Below are positions 1 to 9,991 of a stretch of 64,000 nt of DNA, piece by piece. The stretch comes from Candidatus Aenigmatarchaeota archaeon. Its GTDB lineage: Archaea; Aenigmatarchaeota; Aenigmatarchaeia; GW2011-AR5; JAHLMP01. A program made the translations under genes and the position numbers. The first letter of the stretch is position 1. Every line of letters begins with the position of its first letter. The notes beneath the pieces are model-generated. The model was not told the origin of the DNA, did not search any database, and saw only the letters and a program-made list of their open reading frames with translations. The DNA is taken from the NCBI GenBank assembly GCA_018920315.1, contig JAHLMP010000001.1:4206-68205 (forward strand), in the 5' to 3' direction.

Positions 1-854
1 ATTCTGAAAAATATCCAAATGAGATAAAGAGTATATCTGAAATGATAAAAGAAGAGTGCTTGAAAGAAGCAAGAGAAGTTACAAATGCTGGTTTAGAACT
101 TTTCTACGATACTTCATTCGACAAGCAAAATATATTTAATGGAGAACTTGAGAATAGCGATTATGTAGATGAAAACGATGATAGCACAAGATTTGAAACA
201 ATTTACATGAGAAAGAAATTTTTTGATAAAATACAGGAATTTAAGGAAATGCTTGAAAACCTGAAAGATATAAAAGAAATCGCAGAAGGTTGGAAAGTCT
301 TCGTAAAAAGAATTAGAGAAGATGTTATTTTTAGAGTTGCTAGCAGCATGTCATTAGCTTGTATTACAGATTTGAAAAGGCATAGAACTATGAAGCAAAA
401 ATTTGAAAATATATACGATGCGATAGATAGAGCTCTTTTGGGTTCAAGAGATAATTTCTTCTTTCCTCCAGTAGAAAAAGAACTTCTTGATGAGATAGAA
501 GAAAAATATAATAAATCTCTTGATCTTTATCAAAAGATGATTAATAATGGAATTAGTAAGGCTGAGGCTATTTATATTATACCATTAGGGCTAAAGTTAA
601 GATTTGAGATTTTCTTAGATGGTTATCATATATTTGATCCATTTGGATTTATAGGCGTAAGATCTTGCACTACTGCTAGTAATGAGCTCGATACTTTTGT
701 TAATTTGATAATTAATGAGCTTTGCGATGAAGGAATTCCTTATGAGCTTCTTGGTCCTAAATGCAAGCTTCGCTTATGCCCAGAGAAAAAGTTTTGTAGC
801 ATTATTAAAAGATTTAATGCAAACTATAACGAAGAATTGCACAACAAATTTTAG
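1..854 (+). CDS. ThyX-family-like protein, divergent (5' end lies upstream of the window)
   Basis: The frame of ORF 42..854 stays open back to the window start. It has an RHR motif (DLKRHRTMKQKF) and a C-terminal block (IIPLGLKLRFEIFLDGYHIFDPFGFIGVRSCTTASNELDTF) reminiscent of flavin-dependent thymidylate synthase. The Ser-rich RHRxxSxxxxSxRY signature is not intact. Confidence 0.4.
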   Translation, partial: SEKYPNEIKSISEMIKEECLKEAREVTNAGLELFYDTSFDKQNIFNGELENSDYVDENDDSTRFETIYMRKKFFDKIQEFKEMLENLKDIKEIAEGWKVFVKRIREDVIFRVASSMSLACITDLKRHRTMKQKFENIYDAIDRALLGSRDNFFFPPVEKELLDEIEEKYNKSLDLYQKMINNGISKAEAIYIIPLGLKLRFEIFLDGYHIFDPFGFIGVRSCTTASNELDTFVNLIINELCDEGIPYELLGPKCKLRLCPEKKFCSIIKRFNANYNEELHNKF

Positions 855-902
855 GGCTTATTTTTCAAAACATTTAATTACTCTTAATAAGATTTACTAA
901 TT

Positions 903-2021
903 ATGAAAAAAACTATTCTAGAAATTTCTTTTATAATTTTTATTGCAGTAATTGGAAACGCATATAAAATAGAATCTTCTGGAATATGCACTTGCGATAG
1001 TTGCTTAGATTGCAACGAAGCTATAACTAGTAGAGAATGTGTTAATATAAAATTAGAAAAAGATCTTTTGAGTTTTGATGAAACATGCATAAAAAATCCG
1101 GAAAACTTTAATAATAAAATCTTTGATTGCCAAGGAAATAAAATCGAAGGAAATAATTCAATAGAAACATATGGAATTTACCTTGAAAACAAAAATAATA
1201 ACACTATAAAAGATTGCATAATATCAAAATTTTATGATGGAGTTTACATAGCGCAATCTTTTGGAAATAAAATAATTAACAATACCATAATTGAGAATAA
1301 AAGAAATGGAATATATCTTTCTAACTCTTCTAGCAACATAATAATAAGCAATCTAATAAAAGGAAATAGCGTAGGAATTAATTTGGGTTATGCAATAAAT
1401 AATAGTTTAGCTAGTAATATTCTTGAGGATAATTCATTAGATGGAATCGCAATCTCTTTCTCTTCAAACAATTTTTTGAAAGAAAATAGAATCGGAAAAA
1501 GTAATATAGGAATTTTTATGGATTCCTCTTCTCATAATGTTTTTGAAAATAATGAAATCTTCTTAGGTGGTTATGCGGGAATTTATATTTTTCATAACTC
1601 TGACTTTAACAAAATTATGAAAAATAAAATATATAACAATAGTAATATTGGTTTAGGGATAAGCAATTGCTACTATGCTGGAAGCTTTTGTTTAGAAGGT
1701 TGTGAAAATAATACGATTGAAGAGAATGAAATTTTTAACAATAAAATTGGAGTTTATTCGAATGTATCATCTTCTATATTTAAATCTAACAAGGTTTGCA
1801 ATAATTTTGAGTTAGATTTTAGCTCATTAGATTGGCTTAATAGTCTTGGCGATGAAAATTTTTGCAATATTTCTGAAAATTGGAATGACGAAGGAAAAAT
1901 AGGATGTTCTAAAAAATGCGAAGAAGTGAGTGAAGAAGATAAAAAATCTGAGGAAAACATCTTTCCTTTTTTTATTGCTTTTATTCTATTATCAATTTTG
2001 TTGATTTTACTCCTTAAATAA
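903..2021 (+). CDS. secreted, C-terminally anchored parallel beta-helix repeat protein (NosD/PbH1-like)
   Basis: N-terminal hydrophobic signal, Cys-rich CTCDSCLDCNEAI motif, and many ~22-aa repeats of the N-x-I-x-x-N-x-I type (GIYL, GINL, GIAI, GIFM, GIYI). Acidic linker and C-terminal TM helix FPFFIAFILLSILLILLL. Confidence 0.6.
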   Translation: MKKTILEISFIIFIAVIGNAYKIESSGICTCDSCLDCNEAITSRECVNIKLEKDLLSFDETCIKNPENFNNKIFDCQGNKIEGNNSIETYGIYLENKNNNTIKDCIISKFYDGVYIAQSFGNKIINNTIIENKRNGIYLSNSSSNIIISNLIKGNSVGINLGYAINNSLASNILEDNSLDGIAISFSSNNFLKENRIGKSNIGIFMDSSSHNVFENNEIFLGGYAGIYIFHNSDFNKIMKNKIYNNSNIGLGISNCYYAGSFCLEGCENNTIEENEIFNNKIGVYSNVSSSIFKSNKVCNNFELDFSSLDWLNSLGDENFCNISENWNDEGKIGCSKKCEEVSEEDKKSEENIFPFFIAFILLSILLILLLK

Positions 2022-2052
2022 TTAAAGGTAATGAAGTATATTAAAAATAGAT

Positions 2053-2316
2053 GTGAATTTTATGGAAATAGGAAAGATAAATTTTATTGTCGATGCCTTG
2101 CTCATTATAACTCTTATATTTGTAGCTATCTCAGGTGCTATTCTATTTTTTAGAGATGCTGGTATTATAGAAAATTTATATGGAATTAAAATGCATGAAA
2201 TAAAGTATATTCATAATTATTTTGGGATTTATTTTATAATTCTTTCAATAATTCATCTTGCTTTGCATGTCAAATGGATTTTATACATGAGCAAAAAGCT
2301 ATTGCAAATAAGATAA
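2053..2316 (+). CDS. small integral membrane protein (2 TM helices), unknown function
   Basis: 87-aa ORF with two long hydrophobic segments. GTG start in the track; alternative ATG at 2062. Confidence 0.5.
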   Translation: MNFMEIGKINFIVDALLIITLIFVAISGAILFFRDAGIIENLYGIKMHEIKYIHNYFGIYFIILSIIHLALHVKWILYMSKKLLQIR

Positions 2317-2420
2317 GTAATAGATATAAAACATTAATTTAAGCGTGTGATAAAATAAACTAAATAAAAATAATCGTCTTTTACAAAATTTATAAATCAA
2401 AGAATGATAATAATAATGCC

Positions 2421-4793
2421 ATGACTAGAATAAATCGTTTAACTTTACAGGCATTTAAGTCCTTTGCTGATAAGGTTACCATACCATTTCCTACAGGATT
2501 TACTGTAATATGTGGCCCAAATGGAAGTGGAAAATCTAATATCTGCGATGCCATAATGTTCGCTTTAGGTATTTCTTCTGCGAGAGTAATAAGAGCAGAA
2601 AAGCTTTCTGACCTTATATTTCATGGAAGTAAAAAAAGAAGTCCTGCAAAATCTTGCGTGGTTTCAATATATATAGATAATAAAGATAAGAAAGTACCTA
2701 TAGAAGAGGATGAAATAAAAATAACAAGAAAGGTTAATGAAAAGGGTTTGAGCATAATTAGAGTAAATGGAAAGGTTGTAACGAGAAGTAAGATGCTTGA
2801 TTTACTTGCAAACTTTAGCATATCTCCTTATGGTCATAATATTATAATGCAAGGTGATATCAACAAGATTATTGAAATGTCCCCAAAAGAAAGAAGGGAA
2901 ATAATAGATCAGATCTCTGGCATAGCAGAATTCGACGAAAAAAAGAGTAAATCTGAAGCTGAGTTGGAAAAGGTAGAAAAACATATTAGAGAGATGAGCA
3001 TAATTTTAAGTGAGAAGGAAAAGCTTCTTGAAAAATTAAAATTCGAAAAGGAAGCTGCGGAGAAAAGTATATTCTTGAATAGAGAAATAACAAAGATAAG
3101 ATATTCGTTAGCGTTGCAAAGTATAAATAAATTGACAAGTGAGTTAGAAAAGATAGAAGAAAAGATAAATAGCTTATCAAAAGAATTTGAAGGTAATGAA
3201 AATGAACTAAGAGAAAGGGAAAATGAATTTAAGAAATATGAGCACGCAGCAAAAGAGATAAGCGATTTAATAATTCAGAAAGCAAGAAACATAGAATTAA
3301 TAAAAAAGATAGACGAAATAAATACTGAGATAATAAGAAGAAGAGATAGGATAGAGCTTAATGAAAGAATTCTCTCAAGAGGAGAAAGCGAAACGATTCT
3401 TGAAAAGCTACCAAAAATAGAGGGTATAATAGGTACAGTATCTCAACTTATGAAAATACCTTCTCAATACTCTGTAGCGATAAAGGCAGCATTGGGAATG
3501 CATATGAATGATATAGTTGTTGCTAATGAAGATGTTGCAATAAAATGCATTAAATTCCTAAAAGAAAATAAGATAGGTGTTGCAAGATTCTTACCACTTG
3601 ACAAAATAAGGGTTAAAGATCATAATGAAAAAATAGAAGGTGAGATAATAGGAAAAGCAATAGAGCTAATAGAATTTGATTCTAAGTATAAAAATATCTT
3701 TGATTATTTGCTTGGAGACACTGTAATAATAGAAAATATAGAGAAAAAAGTAAGAGGAGGGAGAGCAGTAACTCTTGACGGTGATATAATTGAATCTTAT
3801 GGTCCAATGATAGGGGGTTATAACAAAAGAGTAGAATTCGAGCTAAGATTAAAAAAAGAAAATGAAAAGATGATGAAAGAGATTGAAAACCTTGAAAAAG
3901 AGCTTGAAATTTTAAGAGAGAGACAAAAAGAGGAGGAGGAAAGTATAAAGAAAATGGATAAGGAAAGATCGGAAATACATTCTAAAATAGATAGAATGAA
4001 AAAAGAGATATTAAATTTGCAGGAAAAGAAAAATTCTATTATTCATAAAATTAATAAACTAAATGTTGAAAAAGCAAAGAAAGAGGCCGAGCTTGAAAAT
4101 TACAAGAAAGAGATAGAGAATTATGCTTCTGATTCATTTTATGATTACACTCAAGAAAAATTGAGAGAGATGCTTTCAAATTATCTGAGAGAACTTTCTC
4201 AGCTTGGAGCAATAAATATGAAGGCAGCAGAGGAATTTGAGATATTGAGCGTTGAGTATAATGAGCTAAAGAATAGATTGAATAAACTTATTGAAGAAAG
4301 AGATGCCATAATTAGAGCGATTCAAGAAATTGAAAGCAAGAAGTATGAAAAGTTTATGGAAACTCTAAATGCTATATCAGAAAACTTTTCAGTAATCTAT
4401 CGTGACCTTATGAATGGTGAAGGTAAGTTAAGATTAGAGGAAGAAGGAAATATATACTCTGGACTTATAATAGAGGCAAGCACAGAAAGCAAAAAAATAT
4501 TAAATATAGATGCAATGTCAGGAGGAGAAAAGACGCTTACTGCCTTGGCATTTCTTTTTGCAATTCAACAATATCACGCTTCGCCATTTTATATTCTCGA
4601 TGAAATCGATGCAGCCTTGGATAAACTAAATACTAAGAAGGTTGTTGAATTTTTGAAGAAATATTCTGAAAAAACACAGTTTATTGTAATTACTCATAAT
4701 GACTTAACTATACAAGCGGCAGACCATGTTTTTGGGGTTTCTATGGAGGATGGGGTCTCGAAAATATTCTCAATAAAGATGCCAGCTCAATAA
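2421..4793 (+). CDS. smc: SMC chromosome segregation ATPase, unusually short (790 aa)
   Basis: Walker A GPNGSGKSN, hinge-like block (IIGTVSQLMKIPSQYSVAIKAALGMHMNDIVV ... ARFLPLDKI), signature MSGGEKTLTALAFLFAI, Walker B FYILDEIDAALD. Heptad-rich coiled-coil segments lie between them. Confidence 0.9.
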   Translation: MTRINRLTLQAFKSFADKVTIPFPTGFTVICGPNGSGKSNICDAIMFALGISSARVIRAEKLSDLIFHGSKKRSPAKSCVVSIYIDNKDKKVPIEEDEIKITRKVNEKGLSIIRVNGKVVTRSKMLDLLANFSISPYGHNIIMQGDINKIIEMSPKERREIIDQISGIAEFDEKKSKSEAELEKVEKHIREMSIILSEKEKLLEKLKFEKEAAEKSIFLNREITKIRYSLALQSINKLTSELEKIEEKINSLSKEFEGNENELRERENEFKKYEHAAKEISDLIIQKARNIELIKKIDEINTEIIRRRDRIELNERILSRGESETILEKLPKIEGIIGTVSQLMKIPSQYSVAIKAALGMHMNDIVVANEDVAIKCIKFLKENKIGVARFLPLDKIRVKDHNEKIEGEIIGKAIELIEFDSKYKNIFDYLLGDTVIIENIEKKVRGGRAVTLDGDIIESYGPMIGGYNKRVEFELRLKKENEKMMKEIENLEKELEILRERQKEEEESIKKMDKERSEIHSKIDRMKKEILNLQEKKNSIIHKINKLNVEKAKKEAELENYKKEIENYASDSFYDYTQEKLREMLSNYLRELSQLGAINMKAAEEFEILSVEYNELKNRLNKLIEERDAIIRAIQEIESKKYEKFMETLNAISENFSVIYRDLMNGEGKLRLEEEGNIYSGLIIEASTESKKILNIDAMSGGEKTLTALAFLFAIQQYHASPFYILDEIDAALDKLNTKKVVEFLKKYSEKTQFIVITHNDLTIQAADHVFGVSMEDGVSKIFSIKMPAQ

Positions 4794-4797
4794 AGGA

Positions 4798-5628
4798 ATG
4801 AAAATTATGAAAAAAACAAAAGAAGACAATGAAATAGAAAAGATGAAAAAAGAAGAAATCGAAAAAAACAAAAAAGAAAGTAATGAGAAGAAAAAAATAG
4901 AAGAAAGTCATCTAATAAAAACAATAATAGTTGGCGCAGATTGGGAAGAAGTTTTAACAATGATAATAGAGGAAGAAGAGATAGATCCAATGGACATAGA
5001 TATAGTAAAGCTTGTAGATGCATTTCTAAATTATCTGAAAACTCTGAAAAAGTTTGACTTTAGAATACCTGCAAGGTTTATTCTTATTGCTGCGATTTTA
5101 CTAAGAATGAAATGCGAAGTACTAAAAATAAAGGATATTGAAGAAAAACGAGAAGAAAGACCAACGATAGATATAAATGTTCCATTAATAGAATTGCCCG
5201 TAATTAGAAGGCCCACAAGACCAATAGCTTTGACTGAACTTATAGATGCGTTGAACAAAGTAATTCAATTTGAGGAAAGGAAAAAATTAAGAGCTTTGCG
5301 TTTGAGAAAAGCCGTAGAAGCTTTGATAGAAGAGGAGGAAGATATAGAAGTTAGAATAAACAAAATATACGAAGAGATAAGAACAAAAAGAATAAATAAA
5401 TTTTCCGAGCTAGTTGGAGAATGGAAAAGAGAAAAGATTGTATATAAATTTATACCATTGCTTCATTTAGATCAATCTGGAAAGATTAGTTGTGAGCAAT
5501 TAGAAGAGTTTGGAGAGATATTCATAAATTTAAAAGAAGATGGAGAAAGCGAAAGTAACTTGAATAAAAATATTTTAAATGAAAAGGAGAATTTAAATGA
5601 AAATAATGCTGAAAATAAAAATTTTTAA
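4798..5628 (+). CDS. scpA: segregation and condensation protein A (kleisin ScpA)
   Basis: Lies 4 nt downstream of smc. Block DIVKLVDAFLNYLKTLKKFDFRIPARFILIAAILLRMK is typical of ScpA. Lys/Glu-rich N-terminal and Asn-rich C-terminal tails. Confidence 0.75.
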   Translation: MKIMKKTKEDNEIEKMKKEEIEKNKKESNEKKKIEESHLIKTIIVGADWEEVLTMIIEEEEIDPMDIDIVKLVDAFLNYLKTLKKFDFRIPARFILIAAILLRMKCEVLKIKDIEEKREERPTIDINVPLIELPVIRRPTRPIALTELIDALNKVIQFEERKKLRALRLRKAVEALIEEEEDIEVRINKIYEEIRTKRINKFSELVGEWKREKIVYKFIPLLHLDQSGKISCEQLEEFGEIFINLKEDGESESNLNKNILNEKENLNENNAENKNF

Positions 5629-5722
5629 ATAAAATTACTGTTTATAAAATAAATCAAATACTCTTTTGAAATTTTTAATAACAAAATTTAAGAACAAAAT
5701 TTTAAGCTATAAAGATTAGCCC

Positions 5723-6160
5723 TTACTCCTTTTTCTTTTTTTCTTCTCCTTTCGTATCTTCTTTTTTAACATCTTTTCTGCTCTTACCCTTTTCTACAAG
5801 AATTATCTCAACATTCGTTGATTTCATTAATCTTCCGTGCTCATACTTTCTTCTCCTTCTTGCGAGAGTAGGTCCTTTGTGAGACGATGCATAAACAAAT
5901 AATTTATCAGAATCCAATCCTAGAGCTTTTGCATTCTTTTCGCAACTCTCAAGTAATTTTTTTATTTCAGTTACAGCCTTAGTATAATACTTTCCTTTCA
6001 GACTTCTTCTTTTAGCTATTAAATCTTCGAGAAGCCTTTTCACTACCTTAAGCTTCTTTTTTCTTATAACTCTGCAAATAACCTTAGCATCTTTCTGCGA
6101 AATGTTTAGCCAAGAGTAAACTTTTGCATGCTTTTCCTTTGGCTTAAAAGTATAGGGCAT
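5723..6160 (-). CDS. rpl22: 50S ribosomal protein uL22
   Basis: MPYTFKPKEKHAKVYSWLNISQKDAKVICRVIRKKKL ... GPTLARRRRKYEHGRLMKSTNVEIIL matches the archaeal L22/L17e pattern. It stands alone, outside any ribosomal operon. Confidence 0.85.
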   Translation of the reverse strand: MPYTFKPKEKHAKVYSWLNISQKDAKVICRVIRKKKLKVVKRLLEDLIAKRRSLKGKYYTKAVTEIKKLLESCEKNAKALGLDSDKLFVYASSHKGPTLARRRRKYEHGRLMKSTNVEIILVEKGKSRKDVKKEDTKGEEKKKKE

Positions 6161-6286
6161 TCTTTGCTCACCTTCATTATTTGTGTTAATTTTATTATTT
6201 TTCAGATTTAAAAACTTAGCGAATTTTAAAAATTTATTTTTTATTTTGAAGATTTTTATTTTGAATATGAGTAATACATAAGTTTT

Positions 6287-6937
6287 CTAAAGATTAAACA
6301 AATACATAATAATCAAAGGAAGTAAAATCATAAGAATTATCATGAATAAAATTATCTTCAAGCCTTTCTTCCAATTTTTGTGACGATAGGCAAAAGCAAC
6401 GCCTGTAAACAATCCACCAAAATGAGCGATATAAGATATATTTCCCACATTGAAAATAAATCCGATTGTATTATAAATCGCATATAATATTCCAAGAAGG
6501 CCTAAAGGAATTATATAAAATGGTGGATAGAAGCTTAGATCAAGAGGCCTTATTATCATGCCAAAGCCAACCAAAGCAAAGATACCTGCAGATGCTCCTA
6601 TAGAAACGACTTCTGGAGGGTAAAATAAAATTGATAGCAAATCTCCTGCAATTGCACCGGAAAAAAATATTATTAGCATTTTCTTTGCGCCGATCTCGTC
6701 TTCTACTGCTACTCCAAAAAATAAGAGAACTAGCAAATTTGAAATCAAATGCTCTATACTCCCATGAATAAAAATAGAAGTAAAGAGAACATATGGTCTT
6801 TCTTTAAGATTATTAAGAGAAAATCCATAAAATTTTACGATCTCTTCAACTACTTCAATAGAATAAAAAAAGTTTATTAAACCTATAAAAATGTAAGTAA
6901 ACAAGCAAAGTAAACACAAGATTAGAGTAGCCTTCAT
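6287..6937 (-). CDS. rhomboid-family intramembrane serine protease
   Basis: 6-7 TM helices, HGSIEHLISNL, catalytic GASAGIFALVG (GxSxG) and downstream AHFGGLFTG histidine motif. Confidence 0.85.
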   Translation of the reverse strand: MKATLILCLLCLFTYIFIGLINFFYSIEVVEEIVKFYGFSLNNLKERPYVLFTSIFIHGSIEHLISNLLVLLFFGVAVEDEIGAKKMLIIFFSGAIAGDLLSILFYPPEVVSIGASAGIFALVGFGMIIRPLDLSFYPPFYIIPLGLLGILYAIYNTIGFIFNVGNISYIAHFGGLFTGVAFAYRHKNWKKGLKIILFMIILMILLPLIIMYLFNL

Positions 6938-7046
6938 ACTTATAGAGTTTAAGCCTAACTATTAAATTTTTTTATTTATATAGATTTGCTTTTTTCTATC
7001 TAAAAGATTGTGAAAAATAATTAGAAACTTTAAAGAAATAATCTAA

Positions 7047-7394
7047 TTGATGATAATCATAGATACAAATGCCATCATAACAATAAGAAATCTAAGGAAA
7101 AAACTTGAGGAGTTTACAAATTTTGGAGAGCCAGTAATTTTGGATAATACGATAAAAGAGCTTAAAAGCATGAAAAATAAAAATTCAAAACTTGCACTTA
7201 GCCTTTTGAAGCATTATAATTTTAAGATTATTAAAACAAGATTACAATGCCCTGCTGACGAAGCTATATTAAATATTGCAACCCCTAGCGATGCTGTAGT
7301 AACAAATGATAAGAAATTAATAAAAAGATTAAAAGCAAAAGGAGTAAATATTATAAGATTGCGACAAAAAAAGTATTTAGTACTAGAAAGATAG
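7047..7394 (+). CDS. PIN-domain protein (Fcf1/COG1412-like)
   Basis: IIIDTNAII N-terminal acidic PIN motif and VVTNDKKLIKRLKAKGV C-terminal motif. Sits immediately upstream of rpoE', the conserved archaeal arrangement. Confidence 0.7.
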   Translation: MMIIIDTNAIITIRNLRKKLEEFTNFGEPVILDNTIKELKSMKNKNSKLALSLLKHYNFKIIKTRLQCPADEAILNIATPSDAVVTNDKKLIKRLKAKGVNIIRLRQKKYLVLER

Positions 7395-7972
7395 TGGTGC
7401 TGAAAATGTTTAGGATTGCAACATTAAAAGAAACTGTAAGGGTAGACCCAAAGTTTCTTGACTTAGACATAGAAGAAGCTGTAAAAATGGGATTAAAAAA
7501 TCAAATAGAAGGAAAAACTTATGAAAATATTGGAACTATACTTGCGATTATAAAAATAGTTGAGTTTGGCGAAGGAAAAATTATACCAGAAGATCCATGT
7601 ATTCATTTTCCTGTTGTTTTCGATGCTTTAGTATTCTCTTTAGAAGAGCAAGAGGTTGTTTATGGCGTTGTAGTAGATATAACAGAAATAGGAGCATTTG
7701 TTAGAATAGCTTCTATCGATGCTTTTGCGCACATATCTCAAATTATGAATGATAAAATAATTTATGACCAAAAGAATTCTATACTCATTGGGAAGAAGAC
7801 AAAGAGAAAATTGCAAGAAGGAGATATAGTTAGAGCAAGAGTTGTAAGCATTTCTTCTCTGAAAGAAAAGGCAAGAATAGCACTTACGATGCGCCAACCA
7901 ATGCTTGGCGCTTTAAAATGGATTGAAGCAGAAAAGAAAGAGATAAAGAAGAAAGAAAAAGTCAAGAAATAA
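7394..7972 (+). CDS. rpoE: DNA-directed RNA polymerase subunit E' (Rpo7) with S1 domain
   Basis: MFRIATLKETVRVDPKFL ..., then S1-like block GVVVDITEIGAFVRIASIDAFAHISQI ... GDIVRARVVSIS. The track start is a GTG overlapping the previous stop; an ATG at 7406 is more likely. Confidence 0.85.
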   Translation: MVLKMFRIATLKETVRVDPKFLDLDIEEAVKMGLKNQIEGKTYENIGTILAIIKIVEFGEGKIIPEDPCIHFPVVFDALVFSLEEQEVVYGVVVDITEIGAFVRIASIDAFAHISQIMNDKIIYDQKNSILIGKKTKRKLQEGDIVRARVVSISSLKEKARIALTMRQPMLGALKWIEAEKKEIKKKEKVKK

Positions 7973-8197
7973 AATTAGTAAAGCATTGAAAATAAAAATG
8001 AAGAAAAATTAAACTTAAATAAGAAAATAATCGAAGTTTATAACTCTCAATAAGAAATCTAAATACTTTTTTAATCAGAATAACAATTACGATTAACTTA
8101 AACTAATGATTTTCTTCACAATAGTTTGAGTAAGACCTTTATTCTTTTATGGTTTTCCATAAAACATAATTTTGGATTTATTAGTAAAATTTAGTGT

Positions 8198-8722
8198 TCA
8201 TTTTTCATAAAATTCTTCTCTTAAAAATCTTGCTAAAGCAAATAAAATACTTTTTTCAAAAGCTTTTTGACGATTTATAAGATTTTTTGTGAAAAACCCG
8301 ACTGCTCCCCATTTTTGTTTCGTATTTTCAATTCTTTGAATCTCATCCATTATTTTTCCCAATTCCTTTCCTTTTTCTAATTCTTTAACGATTTTCTCGG
8401 GTAATAAAATAGACTGCTCTCTACTAATTCCAACTCTTCCTTTCTTATCTATAATTGCTACCGCACCACATAGAAAATCTCCAAACTCTGTTTTTTCCCA
8501 ACCTCCTTCCAATCCAACTCCAATATCAGCATTTGCGATTTTTAGAGCATTTTTTGCCCTATTTATTGCTCCTTTGGTTACTTCCTTTAGCGAAGCAGGA
8601 GTATGAGAGACTTCTGAGTTTACTTCGCAACTCACGATTTCAACATCTTTAAAAACTTTTTTAAAGACATTTTCTACTGCTTTAATTTTTATTGGATTTT
8701 TTGATCCGACTGCAACCTTCAT
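8198..8722 (-). CDS. non-canonical purine NTP phosphatase (YjjX/COG1986 family)
   Basis: MKVAVGSKNPIKIKAVENVF ... GVGLEGG ... resembles the inosine/xanthosine triphosphatase family. Confidence 0.7.
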   Translation of the reverse strand: MKVAVGSKNPIKIKAVENVFKKVFKDVEIVSCEVNSEVSHTPASLKEVTKGAINRAKNALKIANADIGVGLEGGWEKTEFGDFLCGAVAIIDKKGRVGISREQSILLPEKIVKELEKGKELGKIMDEIQRIENTKQKWGAVGFFTKNLINRQKAFEKSILFALARFLREEFYEK

Positions 8723-9065
8723 ATTAGCTCACTAAAATTTATTCACAAAAACTTTTAATTTTCTTTATTATCTATAAAGAAGATATTTTCAGTAATTTTC
8801 TGATCTAATAAACAAATCTTAAACTAAGCGTTGCGAAATTAACAATTATAACGTCTACTATTCGTTTTACTTAAAACTTTCCAAATTAGTTCACTAAAAT
8901 TATTTAGTTTTCATATTAATGGAGAATTCGCTTCAAATAGCTTATCTATAGTTGCAAATGATCTTCCAATAATTCTTTTTATTGGATTAGAAAAAATAAT
9001 GGAAATTCTTCTGTAGTTTGCAACTCATGGACAATTTTTTGTATAATTTTGATAGATTATCCAAA

Positions 9066-9899
9066 TTAAATTTTATTGAAAAATTTCATTGCAGCTAAAA
9101 CCTCTTTTATTATTTCGCTTGCAAGCATCGCTGTTTTTGAAGGAATTTCGTTATCTGAGATTTCAACAATATCAAAAGCTATTAGCGTTTGAGATTTTAT
9201 TATATTCTCTATGATGTTAAAAAATTCCTTTGGTGAAATTCCTTTACCGCTCTCTCCAAATGTAGGAAGTCCTGTCTCAACATAGCTTGGATCGAAAACA
9301 TCTACATCAATTGTTATGTAAACAGGGTTTTCTATGCTCTCTTCCCTTAATGCTTTAAAATCAAAATTGTCTTTTTCTTCTTCAGAGAAGCTTCTTACAC
9401 CATAATAATATATCTTTGCTTTCTTAGCTGCATGGAAAGCCCAAGTTGCGTGAGTAAACTCTTCTCCAAGATATTCTTTTCTTGCATCGCAGTGAGCATC
9501 AAAACTTATAATGCTTTTTGGATTTAGCGTTTCGATAATTGGAAGTGTAATTAGATGCTCTCCTCCAATAAATATTAAAAAAGCTTTAGGATTTCTTTCT
9601 TTTATTTCTTTGATAGTCTCGATTAATCTTTCCGCTGTTCTGAAATAATTTCCTTGAACAACTTCCAAATCGCCCAAATCACAAAACTTAATACTCTTGA
9701 ATATATTCAAATTAAATTTTTTGGAATAGCCTTCTATTAATTTCATGCTCTCTCTAACTATTGTTGGCGCATATCTGCTACTCTCGCTTATAGATGTTGA
9801 AGAGAAGGGTATTCCTAGAAATATAACATCTGCCTCTTCCAAAGGATAGTTATATGCAAAGCTTGTTGTAACATAGAGAAGATCTTCAACTTTTTTCAT
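9066..9899 (-). CDS. speB: agmatinase/arginase-family ureohydrolase
   Basis: Metal-binding motifs GGEHLITLP, SFDAHCDARKEY, ITIDVDVFDPS. The track ORF extends to 10037, but the first 46 codons are low quality and overlap the divergent gene. ATG at 9899 (MKKVEDLLYV) gives a normal-length protein. Confidence 0.8.
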   Translation of the reverse strand: MKKVEDLLYVTTSFAYNYPLEEADVIFLGIPFSSTSISESSRYAPTIVRESMKLIEGYSKKFNLNIFKSIKFCDLGDLEVVQGNYFRTAERLIETIKEIKERNPKAFLIFIGGEHLITLPIIETLNPKSIISFDAHCDARKEYLGEEFTHATWAFHAAKKAKIYYYGVRSFSEEEKDNFDFKALREESIENPVYITIDVDVFDPSYVETGLPTFGESGKGISPKEFFNIIENIIKSQTLIAFDIVEISDNEIPSKTAMLASEIIKEVLAAMKFFNKI

Positions 9900-9991
9900 G
9901 ATTCTACTCTTGATGCAAATATTTAAAAAGTTTATTTTAGTTATAACTTTATAGTGATTATTTATAGAATGAAAATTTATATAGAGCAAGG

